The notes below the pieces were generated by a model. That model searched no databases, was not told where the DNA came from, and was given only the letters and a program-made list of their open reading frames with translations. The translations under genes and the position numbers were made by a program. DNA of 64,000 nt from a virus: positions 1-64,000 of the IMG/VR virus record IMGVR_UViG_3300021376_000037. One strand, 5' to 3'. Of the stretch, positions 1 through 7,099 are shown in pieces. Position 1 is the first letter of the stretch. Every line of letters starts with the position of its first letter.

Positions 1-1
1 C

Positions 2-343
2 ATGAAACTGACCGAATGTATTGAGTGTGGCGAGCAGTTCAATCTTTATTCCCCCGAGAAGCGCAAGGCAGGAGGCAAGGCAAATCATTGTCCGCTGTGT
101 GCAGAGGAGACTGCTGTTAAATATGCTGGAGTCTCAGCAGGTGAGGGCAAGATGGGCAGCGTGCAGGTTCTTAAGTTTAGCAGTAACAGTGACCGTGCTG
201 CTTATCTTTCATTCTGGAAGGCAACAAGCGGTATGAACACAGGCAAACAATGTCAGATGCAGTTTCGTGCAAAGGAACCAAACGTTAAGTTCAAGACTGT
301 TGCAACATTTACTGGTAATGTAAACCATAAAGGAAAGGCATAA
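2..343 (+). CDS. hypothetical Zn-ribbon protein
   Basis: 113-aa ORF with CxxC...CxxC; closely coupled to next ORF. Confidence 0.7.
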   Translation: MKLTECIECGEQFNLYSPEKRKAGGKANHCPLCAEETAVKYAGVSAGEGKMGSVQVLKFSSNSDRAAYLSFWKATSGMNTGKQCQMQFRAKEPNVKFKTVATFTGNVNHKGKA

Positions 344-344
344 T

Positions 345-707
345 ATGAATAACTCTCGTAAGGCGTATATCATTCGTGAAAAAAATATGCGGGCGAGCGG
401 CACAGCATTAAAGCACTATAAAAGTTTTATTGGTTCGTTGATGAAAACTACCCGCGATGGTATATATCCAAAAGGTACCTTCTTTCTCATCAAGGATGTA
501 AAGAGATATAAAGTTTTCTTACTTTCTTCGTCCTCGGAGTGGACTGACAGGCAAAGACAAGACACCAGAGTTGGTTATAAGTTTGTCATTGACATTCTTG
601 ATACAAAGGGTAATAAGACTTTGGATAGAGTTAATATCTGTAATGTAAATACGTGTCCAACGAACATCTTACCTTATTCAAAACAAGTCATAAATCTTTA
701 TCAGTAA
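345..707 (+). CDS. hypothetical protein
   Basis: 120-aa ORF starting 1 nt after previous stop. Confidence 0.65.
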   Translation: MNNSRKAYIIREKNMRASGTALKHYKSFIGSLMKTTRDGIYPKGTFFLIKDVKRYKVFLLSSSSEWTDRQRQDTRVGYKFVIDILDTKGNKTLDRVNICNVNTCPTNILPYSKQVINLYQ

Positions 708-727
708 ATAAGAAAGGAGTTGATAAT

Positions 728-829
728 ATGCCACACCCACATAAGAACCGCCCACGCAAGGGACGCAGGAAGATTGGTAGCAAGAAGCGCAGGGCACAGC
801 GTATTAACCGTAAGGGCGGAAAGCAGTAA
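728..829 (+). CDS. 33-aa highly basic peptide (MPHPHKNRPRKGRRKIGSKKRRAQRINRKGGKQ)
   Basis: below ORF-track cut-off; AAGGAG SD at 714-719; fills gap between flanking genes; 15/33 K+R. Confidence 0.75.
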   Translation: MPHPHKNRPRKGRRKIGSKKRRAQRINRKGGKQ

Positions 830-840
830 GGAAATAAACT

Positions 841-1065
841 ATGACCCCCAACAAGTTCAAGCAGGGACAGCTTGTAGAGATTACAACCTCTAATCCGATA
901 ATTGCAGAGCAGCTGAAGAAAAAGAATATAACTGTTATCGGTACTGTGTTGAACTGTAGATATAAGAGCGATGTTTACTTTGTATACTCACCCAACAATC
1001 CCTTCGGTGGAACAGGGTCACATTGGTATACAGGTAATGACTTGCGACCCCTAGTACCTATGTAG
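841..1065 (+). CDS. small hypothetical protein (KOW/SH3-like GQLV family)
   Basis: 74 aa, AAGGA SD; FKQGQLVEI resembles IGDLV paralogs downstream. Confidence 0.6.
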   Translation: MTPNKFKQGQLVEITTSNPIIAEQLKKKNITVIGTVLNCRYKSDVYFVYSPNNPFGGTGSHWYTGNDLRPLVPM

Positions 1066-1120
1066 TAGGGGGGGAGGGGGTCATCAAAAATGTATTACAG
1101 GTATAATATATAAGTAGCCA

Positions 1121-1155
1121 GCCGCCTATATAGAGATATATAGGCGGTTTCTTAT
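1121..1155 (+). terminator. stem-loop, probable intrinsic terminator
   Basis: GCCGCCTATATA-gaga-TATATAGGCGGT followed by TTCTT. Confidence 0.5.
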
Positions 1156-1189
1156 ATGTTCTACTATTGCGGCGGCTAGTTCTTTTGTG

Positions 1190-1218
1190 TTGACGTACCA
1201 CCCCGGCAGGAGTATACT
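1190..1218 (+). promoter_or_regulatory. sigma70-type promoter
   Basis: TTGACG-N17-TATACT upstream of ORF 1245. Confidence 0.75.
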
Positions 1219-1244
1219 AGGAGGGGTCTAAAGAAAAAAAATCT

Positions 1245-1592
1245 ATGCCATTCTATCACTACAGACAAAGGCGCAGCGGAGGTAGTTTTAGAGCACCCGC
1301 CGTTAATGTTTATGTCGAAGCTGATGATATTGAGGAAGCAAACAAAATCTTTGTTACTATCGATGGGTGTTATTTTGACCCAGATTATGAAAAAGATTGT
1401 GAATGCTGTGGAACTAGATGGAATGAACCTTACGATGAAAAAGGTCATTCAAACATCTATGAGGTCTACAGGAAAATAGATAAAGATAATACGGTTTCCC
1501 AAACGTGGGGTTCGCTAAGAGAGTTAACTAATAGCGGCAAAGTAGCAGAATATCTTATCAGGGAAAAGAATGGACAAGTCAAACTATTCTGA
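1245..1592 (+). CDS. conserved phage hypothetical protein
   Basis: SGGSF...YFD...DCECCGTRW motif seen in small phage proteins. Confidence 0.7.
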   Translation: MPFYHYRQRRSGGSFRAPAVNVYVEADDIEEANKIFVTIDGCYFDPDYEKDCECCGTRWNEPYDEKGHSNIYEVYRKIDKDNTVSQTWGSLRELTNSGKVAEYLIREKNGQVKLF

Positions 1593-1800
1593 GGAACAAT
1601 GTGGGGCATACATTGGCAAGCTGTGCCATGACATGAATAACAAGAAGCATATGTTTATGGTGTATGATATGTATTGGAAGATAAACCATAAGGGCGGTAT
1701 GTCTCTAGCTTATAAGTATATTTCCCTGCCGACAGGACGCTTGGGAGAATCACCTGTTAGTCATTTCCACGGTGATACGGCATTTGTAAGGTGGCTTTAA
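1570..1800 (+). CDS. hypothetical protein
   Basis: 76-aa ORF overlapping previous gene end. Confidence 0.5.
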   Translation: MDKSNYSEEQCGAYIGKLCHDMNNKKHMFMVYDMYWKINHKGGMSLAYKYISLPTGRLGESPVSHFHGDTAFVRWL

Positions 1801-2001
1801 CCATATACATATGGTCATTGTGTAAAGCACCTTTACAGGTTGGGGTAAACGGCACCCTGTCGGGTTCACCCGGTCATTCCTCGATCATAGGCACACAGTG
1901 TATCACGTCTTAACGTTTTCTTCAATGAAAGCTTTTGAGGCTCGTAACCTCGCGGAATCATTAAGGAAAAGACAGATCAGACAGGAAAGCGGCCCGCAAA
2001 G

Positions 2002-2040
2002 AGTAGCGATGTTTTACATTATCCCGGCCCCCGTTTTTAG
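2002..2040. repeat. unit-boundary element 1 (TGTAAA-N5-TTTACA-like + CCCGGCCC + T-tract)
   Basis: AGTAGC-gatgt-TTTACA-ttat-CCCGGCCCCCGTTTTTAG; four more copies at 3210, 4388, 5488, 6611. Confidence 0.8.
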
Positions 2041-2093
2041 CCCCCCTGCGGAAAAAGTCAACCCCCGGTGTAAAAGTGTCACCGGCACGTTAC

Positions 2094-2162
2094 GTCACGC
2101 GAGGGTGACACCCGAAAACGGGCAGGTTGCCAAGCGGCGCTAGGTGTGAGAATATATGCGGC
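2094..2162 (+). promoter_or_regulatory. early promoter P1 with GTCAC-N6-GTGAC box, leaderless
   Basis: GTCAC2094-GTGAC2105; TTGCCA2127-N17-GAATAT-N7-ATG2163. Confidence 0.85.
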
Positions 2163-2300
2163 ATGAACGAAATCAACGGAATGACGAAGCGGAAGGTTCT
2201 CACGATTGCCCTAGGGATTGCCATTGTCGAGATAGCTCTTAGGCTTGCGGTCGTCGCCGCTATCGTGGCGGTTGTCAAGTTTGTGTGGGTGTCACTCTAA
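2163..2300 (+). CDS. 45-aa membrane peptide (leaderless)
   Basis: MNEINGMTKRKVLTIALGIAIVEIALRLAVVAAIVAVVKFVWVSL; ATG at predicted +1. Confidence 0.75.
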   Translation: MNEINGMTKRKVLTIALGIAIVEIALRLAVVAAIVAVVKFVWVSL

Positions 2301-2351
2301 AGCGACACCTTGAAAAAGTAGTTTGACCCTAACCCTTTTTTCCTGTAGATT
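2291..2351 (+). promoter_or_regulatory. early promoter P2 (leadered)
   Basis: GTCAC2291-N6-GCGAC; TTGACC2323-N17-TAGATT; leader carries AACGAAAGGCAAA. Confidence 0.8.
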
Positions 2352-2381
2352 ATCCGCACACTCTAACGAAAGGCAAACACA

Positions 2382-3035
2382 ATGAACCTCAACCTCAAGT
2401 GGACCATGGGTAATGCAAAGCTTGTCAAGACCAGCGGTGAGGCTTATCGCGTGCTTGGCTTTGGCATCCCCGCTGATATGTCTTTCGACGGTGGCAATAC
2501 TTGTCCCGGCGCTAATGCTTGTCGCGGTGTCTGCTATGCAAAGCAGGGACGTTATATCATGGCAGGGGTTAAGAACGCTCGGATGCATAACTTCAATGCC
2601 TCCCGTGATGCTGCTTCCTTTGTGTCGTCTGCTATTGCAGACCTGACCCGTTTGGTTAAGCGTTACAACGTGGTTCGCTTGCACGATAGCGGCGATTTTT
2701 ACTCTCAGGAATATCTGAACGCTTGGAAGGCTATTGCTAATGCTTTCCCTAATACTATCTTCTATGCCTACACGAAATCTCTGCACCTTGATATTGAAAG
2801 CGATAAGCCTGCAAACCTTCGCATTATTCAGTCTCTCGGTGGCAAGTATGATGAAAAGATTAATCTCTCGCTCCCTCACTCTCGCATCTTTTCGACTCAC
2901 GCAGACCGTATTGCAGAGGATTATATTGACGGGAATGTGAGTGATATTCCTGCCATTGAAGGCGAGATTAATATTGGTTTGGTTTATCACGGAAACCGGA
3001 AGCTTACGTCTGCACAGAATGAGTTTTTCCGGTAG
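2382..3035 (+). CDS. GP88-family protein (radical-SAM-like Fe-S)
   Basis: GNAKL...CPGANACRGVCYA...RLHDSGDF...YAYTK motifs typical of phage gene product 88 family. Confidence 0.85.
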   Translation: MNLNLKWTMGNAKLVKTSGEAYRVLGFGIPADMSFDGGNTCPGANACRGVCYAKQGRYIMAGVKNARMHNFNASRDAASFVSSAIADLTRLVKRYNVVRLHDSGDFYSQEYLNAWKAIANAFPNTIFYAYTKSLHLDIESDKPANLRIIQSLGGKYDEKINLSLPHSRIFSTHADRIAEDYIDGNVSDIPAIEGEINIGLVYHGNRKLTSAQNEFFR

Positions 3036-3044
3036 TAACACCCG

Positions 3045-3078
3045 CTTGCCTAGTGCTAATCACTAGGCAAGTTTCTTT
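3045..3078 (+). terminator. intrinsic terminator
   Basis: perfect 11-bp stem CTTGCCTAGTG-ctaat-CACTAGGCAAG + TTTCTTT. Confidence 0.7.
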
Positions 3079-3097
3079 AACTAACGAAAGGATAATA

Positions 3098-3208
3098 ATG
3101 ATTGACATGATTAAGGACGATCCGTTTGGTTTCTTTTTGCTGTATCCTATTTTGTTGTGTAACTGTATTGGCTTTGGGATATTACTTTCCGTTGTGCTTA
3201 TGCCGTGA
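3098..3208 (+). CDS. 36-aa membrane peptide
   Basis: AACGAAAGGA SD; MIDMIKDDPFGFFLLYPILLCNCIGFGILLSVVLMP. Confidence 0.65.
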   Translation: MIDMIKDDPFGFFLLYPILLCNCIGFGILLSVVLMP

Positions 3209-3209
3209 G

Positions 3210-3247
3210 TGTAAAGGGGCGTTACAAACCCCGGCCCCCGTTTTTAG
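3210..3247. repeat. unit-boundary element 2
   Basis: TGTAAA-ggggc-GTTACA-aac-CCCGGCCCCCGTTTTTAG right after stop 3208. Confidence 0.8.
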
Positions 3248-3300
3248 CAGCCAGCCCCCGGTTGTCAAGCTCCGCCTGCTCAGTGTCACACCGGGGATGC

Positions 3301-3369
3301 GTCACGCTGCGGTGACAGAAAAAAAGATGCAGGTTGCAAGGGAGCGCGAACCGTGAGAGTATACCCACC
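3301..3369 (+). promoter_or_regulatory. early promoter P3, leaderless
   Basis: GTCAC3301-N6-GTGAC; TTGCAA3334-N17-GAGTAT-N7-ATG3370. Confidence 0.85.
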
Positions 3370-3573
3370 ATGAACAACGAACACGACCCCATGTGCGAGC
3401 GGTGCGGTGAGGAACCCGCGCGGTGGCTTATTGAGCACGCGACTTATGGTGAGGCGGTGTGCATTGGTTGCGTTAATGACCAGCATGAATGGGAAACGCG
3501 GAAGGCGCAGCAGGAGAGGGAGCAAGCTTTTATGTCGATGGTGACGGAACCCATGATGGCTTACGAGGACTGA
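3370..3573 (+). CDS. small Zn-finger protein (leaderless)
   Basis: CERC...CIGC; start at predicted +1. Confidence 0.75.
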   Translation: MNNEHDPMCERCGEEPARWLIEHATYGEAVCIGCVNDQHEWETRKAQQEREQAFMSMVTEPMMAYED

Positions 3574-3640
3574 AACGCACGGGTGACAGTAAAAAAATCG
3601 CTGCTTGCAGATAACCCGAAATCGTGAGAGAATGACCGGC
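3572..3640 (+). promoter_or_regulatory. early promoter P4, leaderless
   Basis: GAAAC3572-N6-GTGAC; TTGCAG3605-N17-GAGAAT-N7-ATG3641. Confidence 0.85.
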
Positions 3641-3874
3641 ATGAACGACCTGATTAAGTGGACGAACGAGGCGACGGCGAATGTGGCGAAGTGGATCGAT
3701 GCGGATCCCTGCTTTTACAATGTGGCGAAGAACTGCCAAAAGGGACGTAACCCTTTCCGTGCCACCCGTAGTTGCATGAAGCTGCTCGGCTTCCACAAGA
3801 CTCCTGATCAGGTTTCCTTTTGGGATCCGAACATTAACATGAAGCAAATTAACTCTTTCATCAAGGATCTCTAA
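3641..3874 (+). CDS. hypothetical protein, distant paralog of 4999-5223
   Basis: WTNEATANVAKWI...TPDQVSFWDPNIN vs WANYETWNVALYI...TPDNVLWHSSILN. Confidence 0.75.
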   Translation: MNDLIKWTNEATANVAKWIDADPCFYNVAKNCQKGRNPFRATRSCMKLLGFHKTPDQVSFWDPNINMKQINSFIKDL

Positions 3875-3942
3875 TGTTTACTTTTATTGTGCTTTGCATT
3901 TACGTCACTATCTTTTCACTCATGCTGGGAGGCAAGAACTAA
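3874..3942 (+). CDS. 22-aa hydrophobic micropeptide
   Basis: TAATG-coupled on both sides; MFTFIVLCIYVTIFSLMLGGKN. Confidence 0.55.
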   Translation: MFTFIVLCIYVTIFSLMLGGKN

Positions 3943-4139
3943 TGGAACTTTCACTCGCTGATTTTCGTAAGGAACTCGGTATCACCACGCAGAGCGACTT
4001 TTGGGATTTGTTGAGCGATTGGAGTGAGGCAGAGAAGGTGCCAGCACTTTGCCGCGAATTGTGTGAGGTTGGACAGGGCGAAAAGTGCCAGCATGGTTGC
4101 CCGTCTATTATTGTTCGCATGATGAGGGGAGACAACTAA
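3942..4139 (+). CDS. hypothetical Cys/His protein
   Basis: VPALC..LCEV....CQHGCPS; GGAGG SD. Confidence 0.7.
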   Translation: MELSLADFRKELGITTQSDFWDLLSDWSEAEKVPALCRELCEVGQGEKCQHGCPSIIVRMMRGDN

Positions 4140-4140
4140 C

Positions 4141-4386
4141 ATGGCTGTTGAAAAGATTGGCAATGGTGGTTTCATGGTCACTGGTGAGCATATCGAGGCT
4201 TATCGCTTGCTGTCTTTGCGTATGGCATTGAAGCTTGGGTGTAGCGGCTTGAAGGGTCGCGTTAATGCTGCTAATATTGTGCGCGATATTCTGACAAACG
4301 CAAACCATACAGCTCCACGAAATAAGGAAAAGCTGCGAATCATGTATGATTATTATTTGCAGCAACAAGGTTTGCTCCAGCTGTAG
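4141..4386 (+). CDS. hypothetical protein
   Basis: 81-aa ORF, GGGGAG SD. Confidence 0.7.
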   Translation: MAVEKIGNGGFMVTGEHIEAYRLLSLRMALKLGCSGLKGRVNAANIVRDILTNANHTAPRNKEKLRIMYDYYLQQQGLLQL

Positions 4387-4387
4387 A

Positions 4388-4428
4388 AGTAAAGGCGCTT
4401 TACAGCGCCCGGCCCCGGTTTTGTCAAG
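4388..4428. repeat. unit-boundary element 3
   Basis: AGTAAA-ggcgc-TTTACA-gcg-CCCGGCCCCGGTTTTGTCAAG after stop 4386. Confidence 0.8.
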
Positions 4429-4429
4429 T

Positions 4430-4498
4430 GTCACCCTATCGTGACACTCCCAAATGTGACAGTTGCCGTTGTCAGACCCCTGCGCTATATTGCTCACC
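4430..4498 (+). promoter_or_regulatory. early promoter P5, leaderless
   Basis: GTCAC4430-N6-GTGAC; TTGCCG4463-N17-TATATT-N7-ATG4499. Confidence 0.85.
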
Positions 4499-4714
4499 AT
4501 GAACGAAGAAAACAGCAAGTGCTTTGAGTGTAACTGTGACATTCCCGCTTTCCGAGGGATGCAGGAAACCCGGATTAGCCGTTGGACCGGTAAGACGTTC
4601 CGCGTTGACCTGTGCGACCCGTGCTGGTTCAAGGACGAACCGGAAGACGAAGAGGACTGTAACGCAAAGGTGACACTCCAAAAAATGCAGGTTGACCGTA
4701 ACCCGAAGGCATGA
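4499..4714 (+). CDS. small Zn-finger protein (leaderless)
   Basis: CFEC...CDPC. Confidence 0.7.
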   Translation: MNEENSKCFECNCDIPAFRGMQETRISRWTGKTFRVDLCDPCWFKDEPEDEEDCNAKVTLQKMQVDRNPKA

Positions 4715-4727
4715 GAGGATACACAAC
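4659..4727 (+). promoter_or_regulatory. early promoter P6, leaderless
   Basis: GTAAC4659-N6-GTGAC; TTGACC4692-N17-GAGGAT-N7-ATG4728. Confidence 0.85.
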
Positions 4728-4982
4728 ATGAACAACGACAACGACAACATCAGCAAGCGGATCGCGGTTCTCAACGCATGGTGGTTCACGGTTGGTCACA
4801 AGCACAGCAGGGACCACAAGCGGGTTGTTAAGCTTGTCAAGCGGGAAATGAAGGCGTGCGGTTTCCCGGTTCCGAAGGGTGGACATATTGCCTTGCAGAA
4901 CGCTTATACGAAGTTTCTTAAGGCTAATAATGCTTGGATTACTTACGGTGTCGGTCCCGTTGGCATCTGCTGCACCTACTAA
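4728..4982 (+). CDS. hypothetical protein (leaderless)
   Basis: ORF starting at predicted +1. Confidence 0.7.
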   Translation: MNNDNDNISKRIAVLNAWWFTVGHKHSRDHKRVVKLVKREMKACGFPVPKGGHIALQNAYTKFLKANNAWITYGVGPVGICCTY

Positions 4983-4998
4983 GGAAAGGGATAACATA

Positions 4999-5223
4999 AT
5001 GGAAAACACCTACAACGGTTGGGCAAACTACGAGACTTGGAACGTCGCGCTGTATATTCAGAATGAGGAACCGCTGTATAGGATTGCAACGCGGTGTGAT
5101 TCTTATTCCGACTTTCTTTTCAAGTCTCACCGCATCCGTGGCGTCACGACTCCTGATAATGTGCTGTGGCACTCTTCCATTCTTAATTGGGACGAACTCA
5201 ACGCTATGATCAGGGATCTCTGA
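4999..5223 (+). CDS. conserved phage protein (YNGWxNYETWNVAL family)
   Basis: TYNGWANYETWNVALYIQNEEPLY; GAAAGGG SD. Confidence 0.8.
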   Translation: MENTYNGWANYETWNVALYIQNEEPLYRIATRCDSYSDFLFKSHRIRGVTTPDNVLWHSSILNWDELNAMIRDL

Positions 5224-5303
5224 TGATTCATAAAAGCAACACAATCTTTTTCCTTCCTTCGCTGTATATTCCTGTTGGCATTATCATTTACCTCTGGAGA
5301 TAA
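5223..5303 (+). CDS. 26-aa hydrophobic micropeptide
   Basis: TGATG-coupled; MIHKSNTIFFLPSLYIPVGIIIYLWR. Confidence 0.5.
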   Translation: MIHKSNTIFFLPSLYIPVGIIIYLWR

Positions 5304-5308
5304 TAAAC

Positions 5309-5485
5309 ATGAATAATCCTTGCATCGACGGTCACAAGTCTCAGGCATACTGGAAGTATGACGCACGCGGCATCCCGCTTGCTAAGGTGTGCAAGCATTG
5401 TGTTGCGTTTAAGCTGTCAAAGTTTCGTCCAGAGGTTATCAATGATGCTAACTATTGGGCAGACGAGGTTATTGATAGCGATTAA
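5309..5485 (+). CDS. 58-aa phage protein (YDARGIPLxxVCxxC motif)
   Basis: below ORF-track cut-off; GGAG SD; MNNPCIDGHKSQAYWKYDARGIPLAKVCKHC... Confidence 0.7.
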   Translation: MNNPCIDGHKSQAYWKYDARGIPLAKVCKHCVAFKLSKFRPEVINDANYWADEVIDSD

Positions 5486-5487
5486 AA

Positions 5488-5524
5488 TGTAAGGAGTTTT
5501 TACTTGCCCCGGCCCGCGTTTTAG
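5488..5524. repeat. unit-boundary element 4
   Basis: TGTAAG-gagtt-TTTACT-tgc-CCCGGCCCGCGTTTTAG after stop 5485. Confidence 0.8.
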
Positions 5525-5577
5525 CGGGTACAAGGGGAAAAGCAAGGGGAAGTTTCCGTGTGTCACGCTGCGGTTGC

Positions 5578-5646
5578 GTCACCTGAATGTGACACCCGAA
5601 AACAGGTTGCTTGCAGGCAAGGGCAAGGTGTGAGAATATATGTCCC
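5578..5646 (+). promoter_or_regulatory. early promoter P7 (no ATG at +1)
   Basis: GTCAC5578-N6-GTGAC; TTGCAG5611-N17-GAATAT. Confidence 0.75.
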
Positions 5647-5677
5647 GTTGAAGCAAGCGGGGACGGCAAGCAGGACT

Positions 5678-5740
5678 GAAACCCAGCGGTGACAGGTAGA
5701 AAAAAGGTAGCTTGACGGTTCAGCGGTTTTCCTGTAGATT
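5678..5740 (+). promoter_or_regulatory. early promoter P8 (leadered)
   Basis: GAAAC5678-N6-GTGAC; TTGACG5712-N17-TAGATT; leader AACGAAAGGCAAA as in P2. Confidence 0.8.
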
Positions 5741-5774
5741 ATCCCCACACTGAAACGAAAGGCAAAAACAAAAC

Positions 5775-5996
5775 GTGATTACCCGTCAGTTTGGCATTGT
5801 GATTGAGAATCAGAAGGATTGGACGCTGGACGCGCTGCTGAATCAGTCTTGCATGAACGCAACGCATTGCGTCAACGCAGAGGATCCGCACGGTGAGCCT
5901 GCTCGCGTTTGGGCAGAAGGTGAGGGTCACGCCGAGCGTATCGCGGCGTTTCTGAAGTCTTACGGTTACACCATCATTGACACGGAGGAGGTTTGA
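5775..5996 (+). CDS. hypothetical protein
   Basis: GTG start after GAAAGG leader. Confidence 0.7.
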   Translation: MITRQFGIVIENQKDWTLDALLNQSCMNATHCVNAEDPHGEPARVWAEGEGHAERIAAFLKSYGYTIIDTEEV

Positions 5997-5998
5997 TT

Positions 5999-6145
5999 AT
6001 GACGCCTGTTCTTGGACAGACTGTGCATGGTTTCAGCGGTGACCCTTTCATTTTCCTTGCAATCAATGACATTGATGATGTTGTGGTGCGTTGTCCTGTC
6101 ACGTTGAAGCTTTACACTTTCCCCCGTTTCTTTTTCGACTTCTAA
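5999..6145 (+). CDS. 48-aa hypothetical protein
   Basis: GGAGG SD; MTPVLGQTVHGFSGDPFIFLAIND... Confidence 0.6.
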   Translation: MTPVLGQTVHGFSGDPFIFLAINDIDDVVVRCPVTLKLYTFPRFFFDF

Positions 6146-6156
6146 AGGAAAACATA

Positions 6157-6420
6157 ATGTCCCGTGAACTTCGCAATAACGATACTGGCAAGGTTGTGAC
6201 CGTTTATGGTTGGGCTATCACCCGCCACGCTTGGGAGTATTTTTTCACTTCCTCCGCTCCATCTGCTGACGATATTGTGGAAGCGATTGTGTATGGGCAC
6301 GAGGTTGAGCGTGGGGATGTTTCCCTGTCAGAGATTCGACCTTATGTGTTGTCTCACACTGTTGACCTTGTGGATCTTGCTCCTCCCCCTAACTGGCATT
6401 GGGTAGACAATGAAAACTGA
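6157..6420 (+). CDS. hypothetical protein
   Basis: AAGGA SD; WEYF...VYGHEVERGDVSLSEI resembles DUF2958-like proteins. Confidence 0.7.
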   Translation: MSRELRNNDTGKVVTVYGWAITRHAWEYFFTSSAPSADDIVEAIVYGHEVERGDVSLSEIRPYVLSHTVDLVDLAPPPNWHWVDNEN

Positions 6421-6610
6421 AATCGAAATCATGGAAGATATTTCGTGGTTGCTGTATGAGGCAAATATGCAACCCAATCCCAGACATTATGCAATGGGCA
6501 AACATGGAACGGTGTACGCTTACATTCCAAACAATGGCATAGATAAGCGTCCAGATAAGGCAGCGATTGCCGATCGCATCCGATACATGGCGGACAAGGT
6601 TCTGCGATAA
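6410..6610 (+). CDS. hypothetical protein
   Basis: 66-aa overlapping ORF ending at boundary element 5. Confidence 0.6.
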   Translation: MKTEIEIMEDISWLLYEANMQPNPRHYAMGKHGTVYAYIPNNGIDKRPDKAAIADRIRYMADKVLR

Positions 6611-6652
6611 TGTAAAGGGGTTTGACAGACCCCGGCCCCGCTTTTTTCAAGT
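6611..6652. repeat. unit-boundary element 5
   Basis: TGTAAA-ggggt-TTGACA-gac-CCCGGCCCCGCTTTTTTCAAG after stop 6610. Confidence 0.8.
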
Positions 6653-6722
6653 GTCACCCTGCTGTGACGTAACGCGAAAGTTACAGTTGCCGTTTTCCCT
6701 GTCCTCACCTATATTACTCACC
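6653..6722 (+). promoter_or_regulatory. early promoter P9, leaderless
   Basis: GTCAC6653-N6-GTGAC plus second GTAAC-N6-GTTAC; TTGCCG6687-N17-TATATT-N7-ATG6723. Confidence 0.85.
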
Positions 6723-7046
6723 ATGAACAACACGAACAAGCGGACGGTCTATGTGGTTGGCAATGGCAAGCGGTTCCTTAAGGAAAAGCTGAACCTTGGT
6801 TCGTTCAAGGATGCCATCATTTACGATAGCGAATATGGTGCCGAGAAGGCAATGTATAAGATGATTAATAACCATGCCGACACAAGGGCACATCTCGCTG
6901 AGGTACTTAAGCGTGGTTATGTTGTTGAATACATCTATAACGATAGCGAATATGGGCAGAATCACATTGCCAACATGAAGAAATATATTCGCGGGCAGAA
7001 TCCCAAGGGACTGAAGGTTATGAAGGTGACTGTCACGCTTGGGTGA
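6723..7046 (+). CDS. hypothetical protein (leaderless)
   Basis: start at predicted +1; internal DSEYG repeat. Confidence 0.75.
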   Translation: MNNTNKRTVYVVGNGKRFLKEKLNLGSFKDAIIYDSEYGAEKAMYKMINNHADTRAHLAEVLKRGYVVEYIYNDSEYGQNHIANMKKYIRGQNPKGLKVMKVTVTLG

Positions 7047-7099
7047 CACTAGAAAAAAGATTCCTTGACCTTAACCCGAACCTGTGAGATACTAACGCC
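7032..7099 (+). promoter_or_regulatory. early promoter P10, leaderless
   Basis: GTCAC7032-N6-GTGAC; TTGACC7065-N17-GATACT-N6-ATG7100. Confidence 0.85.

Noticed and set aside
4399-4427. Antisense promoter formed by TGTCAA (TTGACA on minus strand) in the boundary element
   Set aside because: -10 would be TGTAAA and the spacing is not preserved in the other four copies
6823-6955. 16-nt direct repeat ACGATAGCGAATATGG (6823 and 6940)
   Set aside because: in-frame intragenic duplication (DSEYG twice); no evidence of a DNA-level function
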